DNA from: a bacterium | GTDB taxonomy: Bacteria > Electryoneota > Electryoneia > Electryoneales > Electryoneaceae | Direction: 5' to 3' | Assembly (NCBI GenBank): GCA_043801585.1 | Contig: JAZDLX010000162.1 | Span: 1-12,902, forward strand | DNA length: 12,902 bases | Part shown: in pieces, positions 1-7,955 of the stretch | How positions within the stretch are numbered: position 1 is the first letter of the stretch | Layout: the number at the start of each line of letters is the position of its first letter | Notes under the pieces: model-generated | The model's database searches: none | The model's input: only the letters and a program-made list of their open reading frames with translations | Told to the model about the DNA's origin: nothing | Program-made: the position numbers and the translations under genes

Positions 1-345
1 CCGCAGATCTACCGGATGGACAACGACGGCGCCAACCTGCGCCGCCTCACCTACGACGGCACCTACAACGCCGACCCCTCCTGGTCTCCATCCGGCGACC
101 GCATCGTCTATGCGCGTCTCGAGAGCAACGGTTTCCAGATCCGAAGTATGGACCCGATGGGCGATGTGGATGTGGCGTTGACCGACGAACCGGGTGATCA
201 CCTCGATCCGTCGTGGTCTCCGGATGGGATGAAGATCACCTACAACTACCGTGGAAAAGTCTGGGTGATGAGTGCCGACGGCACCCTGCGCCGCCCGTTG
301 CTCTCCGACGGCCTGATGCCCGACTGGTCCCCGATCCCGAAGTGA
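1..345 (+). CDS. TolB-like beta-propeller (PD40 repeat) protein, C-terminal part; 5' end lies outside the window
   Basis: Frame is open from base 1 (PQIYRMDNDGANLRRLT...). It has three PD40-type motifs (NADPSWSPSGDRIVY, LDPSWSPDGMKITY, terminal PDWSP) and a TGA at 343-345. No pal gene follows, so orthology to tolB is not asserted. Confidence 0.85.
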   Translation, partial: PQIYRMDNDGANLRRLTYDGTYNADPSWSPSGDRIVYARLESNGFQIRSMDPMGDVDVALTDEPGDHLDPSWSPDGMKITYNYRGKVWVMSADGTLRRPLLSDGLMPDWSPIPK

Positions 346-354
346 GAAACAGGT

Positions 355-416
355 GGAAAAATTCAGACAGTTTGAATATTCGCGTGCGCGAAAATTCAAA
401 CTGTCTGAATTTTTCC
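355..416. repeat. REP-like inverted-repeat doublet, class C: 30-bp arms, 1 mismatch, 2-nt centre
   Basis: 355-384 GGAAAAATTCAGACAGTTTGAATATTCGCG pairs with 387-416 except at 378/393. Each arm is itself a small hairpin (ATTCA-GACAGTT-TGAAT). It starts 9 nt after the stop codon. Confidence 0.85.
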
Positions 417-433
417 CTTCATTCGTCCCTACC

Positions 434-463
434 TTGCACGATCCCATGGCCCGGAGGTAGATT
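434..463 (+). promoter_or_regulatory. Candidate sigma70-type promoter for the small ORF
   Basis: TTGCAC (434-439), 18-nt spacer, TAGATT (458-463). Motif match only. Confidence 0.35.
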
Positions 464-516
464 GATCCAGGAACGGGAGCATCCGTTGAACGTGTGCTTC
501 ATCCCGGGAGGTGATC

Positions 517-696
517 ATGAACAGTGAACGTGTTTCATTCAACATCTCCGCCGAGGATCGGGTCCGTCTTCAAGCGCTTGCCGAAAAAATGCGGATAAGC
601 GAATCAGAAGCCCTCGAATACTTGTTCAACCGCGAGTTTCAGTCCTGGGAGGAGGATGTGATCACCAACCAGGACGACGTGGATGAAGGGACCTGA
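517..696 (+). CDS. Small (59 aa) ribbon-helix-helix/CopG-like DNA-binding protein
   Basis: Strong SD GGAGGTGATC (507-516) precedes ATG 517. The alternating strand RVSFNI is followed by two helices (SAEDRVRLQALAEKMR, SESEALEYLF) and an acidic tail. A terminator-like hairpin follows. Confidence 0.65.
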   Translation: MNSERVSFNISAEDRVRLQALAEKMRISESEALEYLFNREFQSWEEDVITNQDDVDEGT

Positions 697-725
697 CCCA
701 GAGGGCTTGACCGTGTGAATTCCCA

Positions 726-753
726 GCCCCGCCGTGGCCGCAGGCGGGGTTTT
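726..753 (+). terminator. Probable intrinsic terminator
   Basis: GCCCCGCC (726-733) pairs with GGCGGGGT (743-750) and runs into a short TTTT tract (750-753). Confidence 0.55.
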
Positions 754-771
754 GCATTCCGAGGAGAGAAG

Positions 772-1653
772 ATGGGCAGCACGATTCTGGACGATCTTCA
801 ACGGCTGCGCGAGGCCCTGGAGGAACTGAACGGGCTTGTAACGGAGCAACCGAACGAATCCAGCGAACGCATCGATGAACTTCCCATCGAAAGCATCCTC
901 CAGACGATCAATGCCGAGGATGCCAGGGTATCAGGGATTGTACGGCAGGCGATACCCCAGATCGCTGAAGTCGTTGCCGCCGCCGTCAGGGCGATCTCCT
1001 CAGGTGGCCGGCTCATGTACGTTGGCGCGGGAACGTCCGGTCGGCTGGGAGTTCTCGATGCGGCGGAGTGTCCACCCACTTACGGCGTTCCGACGACCTT
1101 GGTCACCGGCCTGATCGCGGGGGGGCTGTCCGCCCTGACCGTGGCTCAGGAAGGCGCTGAGGATGATGTCGAGCAGGCGCGGCGCGATTTCACGGATGCG
1201 AAAATCACAAGCAGCGATGCGGTTCTTGGGATCACTGCACGCGGCAAGACTCCGTGGGTTCGTGAGATCCTGAAGCTGGCTCATGAACAAGGGGGGTGGA
1301 CGGGTTTGATTACCTGCAACCCGATCGAACCCTCTCCGGAAGTGGCCTCCATGGTGATTCTCGATGTCGGTCCGGAGGTGGTCACAGGTTCGACAAGGAT
1401 GAAAGCCGGACTGGCGACAAAGATGGCGCTGACGATGATCAGCACCGCGGCGATGATCCGCCTCGGACGTGTGCGCGGCAACCGGATGGTGGATCTGATG
1501 CCGAACAGCGACAAGCTTCGTGCGCGTCAGGTGAAAACCATCATGGAATCTCTGGATGTGACCGTCGAGGAAGCTGTCGCGAGGTTGAAGGGTGCGGATG
1601 GTGACCTTCGCCATGCCCTGGAGGGTGATGATTCCCCGGACTCTGGAGGATAA
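772..1653 (+). CDS. murQ: N-acetylmuramic acid 6-phosphate etherase
   Basis: SIS-domain motifs YVGAGTSGRLGVLDAAECPPTYG, EGAEDD and GPEVVTGSTRMKAG. SD GAGGAG (761-766) supports ATG 772 over GTG 715. Confidence 0.95.
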   Translation: MGSTILDDLQRLREALEELNGLVTEQPNESSERIDELPIESILQTINAEDARVSGIVRQAIPQIAEVVAAAVRAISSGGRLMYVGAGTSGRLGVLDAAECPPTYGVPTTLVTGLIAGGLSALTVAQEGAEDDVEQARRDFTDAKITSSDAVLGITARGKTPWVREILKLAHEQGGWTGLITCNPIEPSPEVASMVILDVGPEVVTGSTRMKAGLATKMALTMISTAAMIRLGRVRGNRMVDLMPNSDKLRARQVKTIMESLDVTVEEAVARLKGADGDLRHALEGDDSPDSGG

Positions 1654-2402
1654 TGCCAACCATGCGACGCCATCCAGCCCGAATTCCGGTTGTCCCTGTT
1701 CGACGAACATCACGAACAGTGGAGTACCACCCGCACCCCGCGTCGTTCTGGGTTCGGTTCAGCCCATTAGCGGCATGGATGGCACTGATCCTGAGTCTGA
1801 TCGTGGCGTCCACTGTCCTTCGCAAGGCTCCCCGATCCGTAAGGCCTGCCAATTCCACGATCCTCCTTCTTGCGAAAGATTTTGGCGCTGGGATATCGAC
1901 CTTGCTGCTCGAGTCCTACCACACCTATACCTGGTCGCGAGAATCTGTGCGGCTGGACAGTTCGGTGACACCGGCATCCGTGCAGGAACTTGCCGGCCAA
2001 CTTCGTCTTCCCGTCAGGATTTCGGTGATCGTCGCAGACCTGCGAGTCCGTCAATTGGTTCCCACCGGTGGCGTTCTGCCACAGTCAATCGTCGATGGCC
2101 TTGAGGACAATTGGGATCCCCAGGTTGCTGCGGCCTGCGAGGCAGCAGCATTGCTGCGTTGGGCCGCATGGCAGGGTGTATTGCTCGACCGCTGGTACGG
2201 CGGAACGTTCGAGGATCAGTTGGAGAACGATTTTCAGCAGACCTGGCCGAATGTCGCGAAACGGATCAATCGCCGCCTTCAGCAGCTCGGAATAGACGAT
2301 CGCCTCGATGAGGTGTACAGTTCGAACCGTGAGCATGTCGCCGAGCGGTGTTGGCAAATCGACGAAGCCCTCGAAAGACATTTGAGTGCTGCTGGTAACT
2401 AA
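1653..2402 (+). CDS. Hypothetical protein with one N-terminal transmembrane segment
   Basis: 249-aa ORF whose ATG overlaps the murQ stop (TAATG), preceded by GGAGG. Hydrophobic stretch LAAWMALILSLIVASTVL. No family recognised. Confidence 0.65.
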   Translation: MPTMRRHPARIPVVPVRRTSRTVEYHPHPASFWVRFSPLAAWMALILSLIVASTVLRKAPRSVRPANSTILLLAKDFGAGISTLLLESYHTYTWSRESVRLDSSVTPASVQELAGQLRLPVRISVIVADLRVRQLVPTGGVLPQSIVDGLEDNWDPQVAAACEAAALLRWAAWQGVLLDRWYGGTFEDQLENDFQQTWPNVAKRINRRLQQLGIDDRLDEVYSSNREHVAERCWQIDEALERHLSAAGN

Positions 2403-2405
2403 CGT

Positions 2406-2491
2406 GCAGGAAAATGTACCAGGTACTTTTATCCTGAACAGGATCAGTGCTTGACCTCGCACGTGAAAAGGTACCTGGTACATTTTCCTGC
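2406..2491. repeat. REP-like inverted-repeat doublet, class B: 25-bp arms (24/25 paired), 36-nt spacer
   Basis: GCAGGAAAATGTACCAGGTACTTTT (2406-2430) is inverted at 2467-2491. Each arm is self-palindromic (GTACC-A-GGTAC). It starts 3 nt after a stop codon. Confidence 0.85.
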
Positions 2492-2534
2492 TTCAGTGGC
2501 TGGATGAACGAAAACGCGAAACACGAGGTGCTCC

Positions 2535-3704
2535 ATGGCCTACCAGGGCGTGGATTACTATCACATCGACGAACTCCTTACGGACGAAGAGAAGCTGATC
2601 CGGGACAGCGTCCGCGAATGGGTCAGTGCAAAGGTGATCCCGGTCATCGAAGAACAGTATCGGAATGCAACGTTTCCATTCCATCTTGTCCCTGAGATGG
2701 CGGAGTTGGGTCTGTTCGGGCCGACGCTGCCCGAGGAGTTCGGTGGTGCGGGAATCGGCGATGTCGCTTACGGTCTCGCCATGCAGGAGCTCGAACGGGG
2801 CGACAGCGGCATGCGTTCGTTCGCTTCGGTGCAGTCTGCTCTCGTGATGTACCCGATCTATACTTTCGGCAGCGATCAGCAGAAGAAAACGTGGCTGCCG
2901 AAACTCGCGCGGGCAGAGGTCGTCGGAGCGTTCGGCCTGACCGAACCGGATTACGGCTCCGACCCGGGAAGCATGATAACCACCGCGAAGAAAGTGGATG
3001 ATGGATACCTGCTGAGCGGAGCCAAGATGTGGATCACAAACAGCTCCATCGCGGACATCTTTGTCGTCTGGGCAAAACTCGATGGTGTCATCCACGGCTT
3101 CCTTGTGGAGAAGGGGGCAAAGGGGCTGAGCACACCCGAAACAAAGGGAAAATGGAGCCTCCGCGCTTCGGTGACGGGTGAGATCGTGTTCGATGATGTC
3201 TTCGTTCCGGAAGGGATGATGTTCCCCCGCACCGACGGACTGAAAGCTCCGCTGATGTGCCTCAATCAGGCACGCTACGGGATCGCCTGGGGGGTGGTCG
3301 GTGCGGCGATGGCCTGCTATGACAGCGCGATTAACTATACCCATGAACGGGTGCAGTGGGGTGGTCCGATCGCCCGGCACCAGATGATTCAGGAGCGACT
3401 CGTCGAAATGCTGACGGGAATCACCCAGGGACAGTTGATGACCTGGCGGCTCGGAAGGATGAAGGAGAAGGGCGAAGCTTCGTTCCGCCACGTCAGTCTT
3501 GCCAAGAGAAACAATTGCCGGATGGCGCTCGAGGTCGCCCGCACGGCCCGCGATCTCCACGGCGCCAATGGCATCACGGACGAGTACCCGATCATGCGAC
3601 ACATGATGAATCTCGAGAGTGTCTACACCTACGAGGGGACGCACAATATGCACACGTTGATCGTAGGTGCGGATATCACCGGGATCGAAGCCTATGGCAG
3701 GTGA
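2535..3704 (+). CDS. gcdH: Acyl-CoA dehydrogenase, glutaryl-CoA dehydrogenase-like
   Basis: Motifs ELERGDSGMRSFASVQSALVMYPIY, FGLTEPDYGSDPG, GAKMWITN and NLESVYTYEGTH. SD GAGGTG lies upstream. Substrate is inferred from motif resemblance. Confidence 0.85.
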   Translation: MAYQGVDYYHIDELLTDEEKLIRDSVREWVSAKVIPVIEEQYRNATFPFHLVPEMAELGLFGPTLPEEFGGAGIGDVAYGLAMQELERGDSGMRSFASVQSALVMYPIYTFGSDQQKKTWLPKLARAEVVGAFGLTEPDYGSDPGSMITTAKKVDDGYLLSGAKMWITNSSIADIFVVWAKLDGVIHGFLVEKGAKGLSTPETKGKWSLRASVTGEIVFDDVFVPEGMMFPRTDGLKAPLMCLNQARYGIAWGVVGAAMACYDSAINYTHERVQWGGPIARHQMIQERLVEMLTGITQGQLMTWRLGRMKEKGEASFRHVSLAKRNNCRMALEVARTARDLHGANGITDEYPIMRHMMNLESVYTYEGTHNMHTLIVGADITGIEAYGR

Positions 3705-3806
3705 AGCTTCAGGCTGGAGGAGCCAACGGACGGAAGGAAGTAAGGAAACAGGATGGTCAGGATCATCGGGGTGGAATGGACTCGCGTAATGACAACGGAT
3801 TCTGGT

Positions 3807-4808
3807 CTATCCTGAAGAAGAATCACCCCGAAAATTTGGTGCGTTCTGTTCCATGTCAGGGTTAATTCCCATCTTACGCATCTCGTCCAGCAGATCCTCC
3901 TGGCAATCCGGGCAGATTCCGTGGCTGAACGACGTATCGAGGTGTGCGGAGATATAGGTTTCCACACTCTGCCAGTAGCCTGCATCATTACGGATTTTCT
4001 TGCATTTCGAACAGATGGGGAGAAGACCGCGAAGGGTGCTTACTCTCTGTAACGCGTTTTGAAGTTCGCGAAGCAGTTCGCCTTTCCGATGCTCTTCTTG
4101 CACTCTCTTGCGTTCAAGGACAAACGTTATACGCGCCAGATACACCACAAACAAGGTGAGGATCAATGCAATGACGAATGCACTTATGCGCAATAGATGT
4201 ACAACAGATCTTATTTCCTGTTGAACGTCTGTCAGATATGCACCGTTGCCAATAATCCAACCCCAGGGTTCGTAGTACTGCACGTACGATACTTTCGGTT
4301 CAATCCTGGTTGAGTCCTCGAGATACTGCCAGTCATATCGAACAAATCCATTACCTTCCTTGATCGCCAGGTCGGTCATGCGTCGCACGGGGTATGTGGA
4401 ATCAGGACCTGGATAGGAATGCAGATTCTGTCCAACGAGGTTGGACATGGTTGGATGCATCAGAACCGTGCAATTCAGGTCGTGAACCCAGAAATAGTTT
4501 TGAGAGTTGGGCCCGAAGCGGAGAGATTTCAGATTCTCAAGCGCACTTGCCTGAAGGACATCGCGGCTTGCCATGCTCAACTTTTCTGCGCCGTAGTAAA
4601 TATCGACTTGAGCAATGGCAATTTTCGCCAATTCACTAAGAGCCTGTTCTTTTTGCCGAATGAGTGCGTCTTCCACCCTCGGAAGGAAGAGATATTGGAA
4701 TACCAGCCCGTAGAGGATCATTGCGGTGACTACCGGAATGAGGAGTCGGAAGGTGTTCCGTTTCCACGGTGTACGCGTGGATGTCTTGTTTGGCTCCCGT
4801 TCAGTCAT
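3807..4808 (-). CDS. Membrane sensor: TM, single Cache (Cache_2-like) domain, TM, coiled coil, C-terminal Cys4 domain
   Basis: Cache-type motifs LRFGPNSQNYFWVHD, MHP, GFVRYDW and PKVSYVQYYEPWGWIIGNGAYLTDV lie between two hydrophobic helices. C-terminus has LLPICSKCKKIR...W...FSHGICPDC. Start is uncertain (4808 or 4877). Confidence 0.8.
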   Translation of the reverse strand: MTEREPNKTSTRTPWKRNTFRLLIPVVTAMILYGLVFQYLFLPRVEDALIRQKEQALSELAKIAIAQVDIYYGAEKLSMASRDVLQASALENLKSLRFGPNSQNYFWVHDLNCTVLMHPTMSNLVGQNLHSYPGPDSTYPVRRMTDLAIKEGNGFVRYDWQYLEDSTRIEPKVSYVQYYEPWGWIIGNGAYLTDVQQEIRSVVHLLRISAFVIALILTLFVVYLARITFVLERKRVQEEHRKGELLRELQNALQRVSTLRGLLPICSKCKKIRNDAGYWQSVETYISAHLDTSFSHGICPDCQEDLLDEMRKMGINPDMEQNAPNFRGDSSSG

Positions 4809-5184
4809 CTTCAATGATCCATGCTGCAGTGGATAGCTCTGTATATATCGCTTTTGCGTTTTGATGAAAGTTAGCATACTTAGCCTTATGCGGCAATCTT
4901 TAGAACCTCTCGTGCCTCCTTTTCATCCCCTCTTTTTCAAACGTAATTTTTTCAACAATTAATCTAATCATTTTTATTTATTGAAGTTACAAGGTCATTA
5001 TTGTTCAGAAAGAGCAAAAGCGACAAGAAAACAGCAAGAAATGAATTTTCTCTAATTCTAATATTTTCATTATCGCCATTTTGATAGGGAAATCGAATGA
5101 ACCGGAAGGCTGCTCGTCGAGTGGACGCTGGGGTTCCGGGGACTGTACGTTCCGTGCAACATGTGAATTCGACTGGAGATCACG

Positions 5185-6438
5185 ATGAACACGCTGGGCG
5201 TCTATTCAGAAGTTGGCAGGTTGGACCTGGTGATGGTCCATCAGCCCGGCTGGGAACACCGCCGCATGGTGCCATGGAATCGGGAAGCCTGGCTTTTCGA
5301 TGATATTCTCGACATCGAATCCGCTCGTCCCGAGCACAAGGAATTTGTGCTCAAAATCCATCATCACGGTATTCGAGTCGTGTATTTCAGCGATCTTCTG
5401 AAAGAGGTGTGTGCCGATTCAGAAATGCACGCGGAAGTAGTGAACGAGGTCGTTCCGGACCCTCTTCCGAAGGACATGGTTCCCACGATGATTCAGCCTA
5501 CGCACCTGATCATGGGGTATCCGGAGAATTTCACCCTCGGCGAAAAGTTGATCCTCGAACCGGCGCCGAACCTTTACTTCATGCGCGATCCGGCTTTTTT
5601 CATCCATGACAAATTGATCATTTCCCACCCCTCGTGGCCTATCCGCTGCCGCGAGGCGAATCTCCTGCTTGCGGTCGCGAAACGCCATCCGTTGTTCAAA
5701 GGTGTCGAGATTTATGACGGCATTCTCCACGATCCGGAGGCGCGGATTGAAGGGGGAGATGTGCTGATTCCCGACGAGAAGAACGTGATTGTCGGGATGT
5801 CCGAACGGTCCAATGAAAAAGGGGCGGAACACCTTGCGAACTATCTCTTTGCCAACACACCGGTGGAGCGTGTGATCAAGGTTTTCATCCCAAAGCGGCA
5901 CGAGTACATGCATCTCGATACGCTGCTCACCTTCGTCGACCGCCAGCAGATCGTGACCATGCCATACTTCTGGGATAAACCTGAGCTGTACGCTGAAATT
6001 GCGCGAAATGTGGAGAAACTCGTCGAACGCCACGGTGGCGTCTACACCGGACCCTCACCGGCGGATCTTGCGAAAGGAACGCGGATGGAGTGCCTGCTTC
6101 GCGATGGCAGTGTCTCACGTCATGACCGTGTTCTCGAAGGACTGGCGGATCTTGAATTGATCGTGCCGGAGATCACCGTCACCGTCGGCGGTCAGGCTCA
6201 CCATTACAGAAGTGCGGAGGAGCACATCCTTGAAGCCCTCCGCGAACAGTGGAACGATGCCGCGAATACATTCGCACTGAAACCGGGGCATGTGATGTCA
6301 TACGCTCGTAACGACAAGACGATTCGTGCGCTGGAAGATGTCATGGTGGAGGTGACGACGTTTTCGGGGAGTGAACTTGTCCGGGGCCGTGGTGGTGCAC
6401 GTTGCATGACCATGCCCCTGAGCCGAGACCCGGCGTAG
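5185..6438 (+). CDS. arcA: Arginine deiminase
   Basis: Motifs GVYSEVGRL, PNLYFMRDP, IEGGD, MHLDT, EQWNDAAN and SELVRGRGGARCMTMPL (catalytic Cys/His/Glu present). SD GGAG at 5175-5178. Confidence 0.92.
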   Translation: MNTLGVYSEVGRLDLVMVHQPGWEHRRMVPWNREAWLFDDILDIESARPEHKEFVLKIHHHGIRVVYFSDLLKEVCADSEMHAEVVNEVVPDPLPKDMVPTMIQPTHLIMGYPENFTLGEKLILEPAPNLYFMRDPAFFIHDKLIISHPSWPIRCREANLLLAVAKRHPLFKGVEIYDGILHDPEARIEGGDVLIPDEKNVIVGMSERSNEKGAEHLANYLFANTPVERVIKVFIPKRHEYMHLDTLLTFVDRQQIVTMPYFWDKPELYAEIARNVEKLVERHGGVYTGPSPADLAKGTRMECLLRDGSVSRHDRVLEGLADLELIVPEITVTVGGQAHHYRSAEEHILEALREQWNDAANTFALKPGHVMSYARNDKTIRALEDVMVEVTTFSGSELVRGRGGARCMTMPLSRDPA

Positions 6439-6522
6439 GAGAGACTGCGGGCGCACTGTTTGCCGCGCTGTCATAGATTGAGCACTGAGCCGTGTTGCCG
6501 GGTGTTGCTGATGGGAGTTTAT

Positions 6523-7002
6523 ATGCCATCCTCGTTTTCCCCATTCATCGTCATTTTCTACCTGGCTATTGTGCTCGCCGCCCAGACCGTCGCGGATGTC
6601 TATTTTACACAACCCATTCTTCCCGCATCGACGCGCAAACGCTCGTTGGTTCTGCTCGTTGCGAATGTGACCGGGATGCTGATCACTGCTCTGGTGTTCC
6701 GCCTGTTGCTGCCGTTCAATCACATGTATCTGCTTTATTCCCGCGACAAGGGCACCATGGCCCTTGCGGTTCTCGTGGTCATTCTCGAGTATTTTCCCTG
6801 GGCGCTGCCCTACGTGCTGATCCGTGGCTGGATCGTTCGTGAATGGTTGATGGGCGGAGAAATCCGTGAAAAACGGCAGGCTTGGTGGAGCTATGTGATG
6901 ATCGGGTCTGTCATCGCGGTTGTGCTGATCGGCCCCCTCTACCTTGCAGTGACCATCGTTCAACCGCTGATGACGGGTGTGAATGAGGTGTTCGCAAATT
7001 AA
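6523..7002 (+). CDS. Hypothetical integral membrane protein (about 4 TM helices)
   Basis: Four hydrophobic segments. GGAG (6514-6517) precedes ATG 6523. The stop TAA (7000-7002) lies inside the adjacent repeat. Start is uncertain. Confidence 0.7.
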   Translation: MPSSFSPFIVIFYLAIVLAAQTVADVYFTQPILPASTRKRSLVLLVANVTGMLITALVFRLLLPFNHMYLLYSRDKGTMALAVLVVILEYFPWALPYVLIRGWIVREWLMGGEIREKRQAWWSYVMIGSVIAVVLIGPLYLAVTIVQPLMTGVNEVFAN

Positions 7003-7097
7003 AAAGGGGACACGTACCTTTTAATTTCTAGATGGATATCCGCCATGATATTCACGCAAGCAGCAAAATTAAAAGGGACATGTCCCTTTTTTAATTT
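6996..7097. repeat. REP-like inverted doublet, class A': 32-bp arms (29/32), 38-nt spacer
   Basis: AAATTAAAAAGGGGACACGTACCTTTTAATTT (6996-7027) and an inverted variant at 7066-7097 fill the whole gap between two convergent genes. Confidence 0.9.
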
Positions 7098-7951
7098 CAC
7101 TTCTTCGCTCGCAGTCCCAGGGCGTTCGGTATCGCGATCCCTTCCGGCGGCTCGTATCCGAGGGTGAAATCCGTTTCGTGTCCCGTATGAAATTCGACGA
7201 TTCTGTCGCCCACCTGGATAAAAAGCTGCGCACGAACACCACCCTCGAGATGCTGCGCTGTGGTGACACCCAACGGCATGCTGAGCAGGTATTCGTTGAA
7301 GTCGTGCATTGACAATGCAACCGGGCAGTAGAGAAAAAGAATCCGCCCCGTGTTGTCCTCGGCGAGCGCCGCCTCGATCCATTTGCGTCCACCCTGTTCC
7401 CAACGGTTATCGCCCGGAGATTGAATCAGCCGCAGGTTCTGCACACGGCCGTTCCAGCGCCGGGCGGCATTGTCGAATGAATGCGATTCGCGGTCGAGGA
7501 TGGCGAAGGGAACATCTCCCGGTTCCACCGGTTCGAAAACCGCGAGGCTCTTGTACATCGGGTGAATCCTGGTGTTATGGCTGTGAGTGTGGGTGACAAG
7601 CTGTCCGATGTGGGTGATCCGGTCGCGGTCGTACATCCCCGCGTTGATCGTCGCGGCAAGCCCGAAGTTGCGTGCCCATGAACGAGCGGAGAGGCCGATG
7701 GAATCTCCCTGTTCGGTGGCGCTGAAGGCATGAAGGTCCCATCGGAACGGATCGGCTCGAAGCACAGCGATGAATGAATCGGCGGGGGCTGTTGTGCCGG
7801 GGAGAGAGACACGAGCGAACTCAAGTCCGGGTGCGAGAGTCTCCCACTTGGGGGGTGTACACAGTGATGACGCTGGGAGCAGCAAGGCGACCGAAATGAC
7901 GAGCAGGAGAAACCACAGGGTTCGTAACGGTGGCTGATTCATAGCATCCAT
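7097..7951 (-). CDS. Exported phosphodiester glycosidase-like (NAGPA/DUF2233-type) protein
   Basis: N-terminal signal-like hydrophobic stretch. WETLAPGLEF, ATINAGMY, AALAEDNTGRILF and AQHLEGG resemble the family's INGG and A-x-N-LDGG motifs. Confidence 0.6.
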   Translation of the reverse strand: MDAMNQPPLRTLWFLLLVISVALLLPASSLCTPPKWETLAPGLEFARVSLPGTTAPADSFIAVLRADPFRWDLHAFSATEQGDSIGLSARSWARNFGLAATINAGMYDRDRITHIGQLVTHTHSHNTRIHPMYKSLAVFEPVEPGDVPFAILDRESHSFDNAARRWNGRVQNLRLIQSPGDNRWEQGGRKWIEAALAEDNTGRILFLYCPVALSMHDFNEYLLSMPLGVTTAQHLEGGVRAQLFIQVGDRIVEFHTGHETDFTLGYEPPEGIAIPNALGLRAKK

Positions 7952-7955
7952 GCTG

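Noticed and set aside
715..771. murQ start at GTG 715
   Set aside because: It would run through a terminator-like hairpin, and the SD supports ATG 772.
2493..3653. 386-aa antisense ORF (also 9622-10749, 1000-1713, 8085-8819, 12013-12684)
   Set aside because: These are shadow ORFs opposite well-supported genes, expected in high-GC coding DNA, with no recognisable motifs.
3705..3806. Terminator or small RNA between the convergent gcdH and Cache genes
   Set aside because: The region is purine-rich, with no convincing stem-loop or RNA family motif.
5100..5184. Riboswitch or structured leader upstream of arcA (CCGGAA...TTCCGG)
   Set aside because: Only a 6-bp complementarity and no recognisable aptamer motif.
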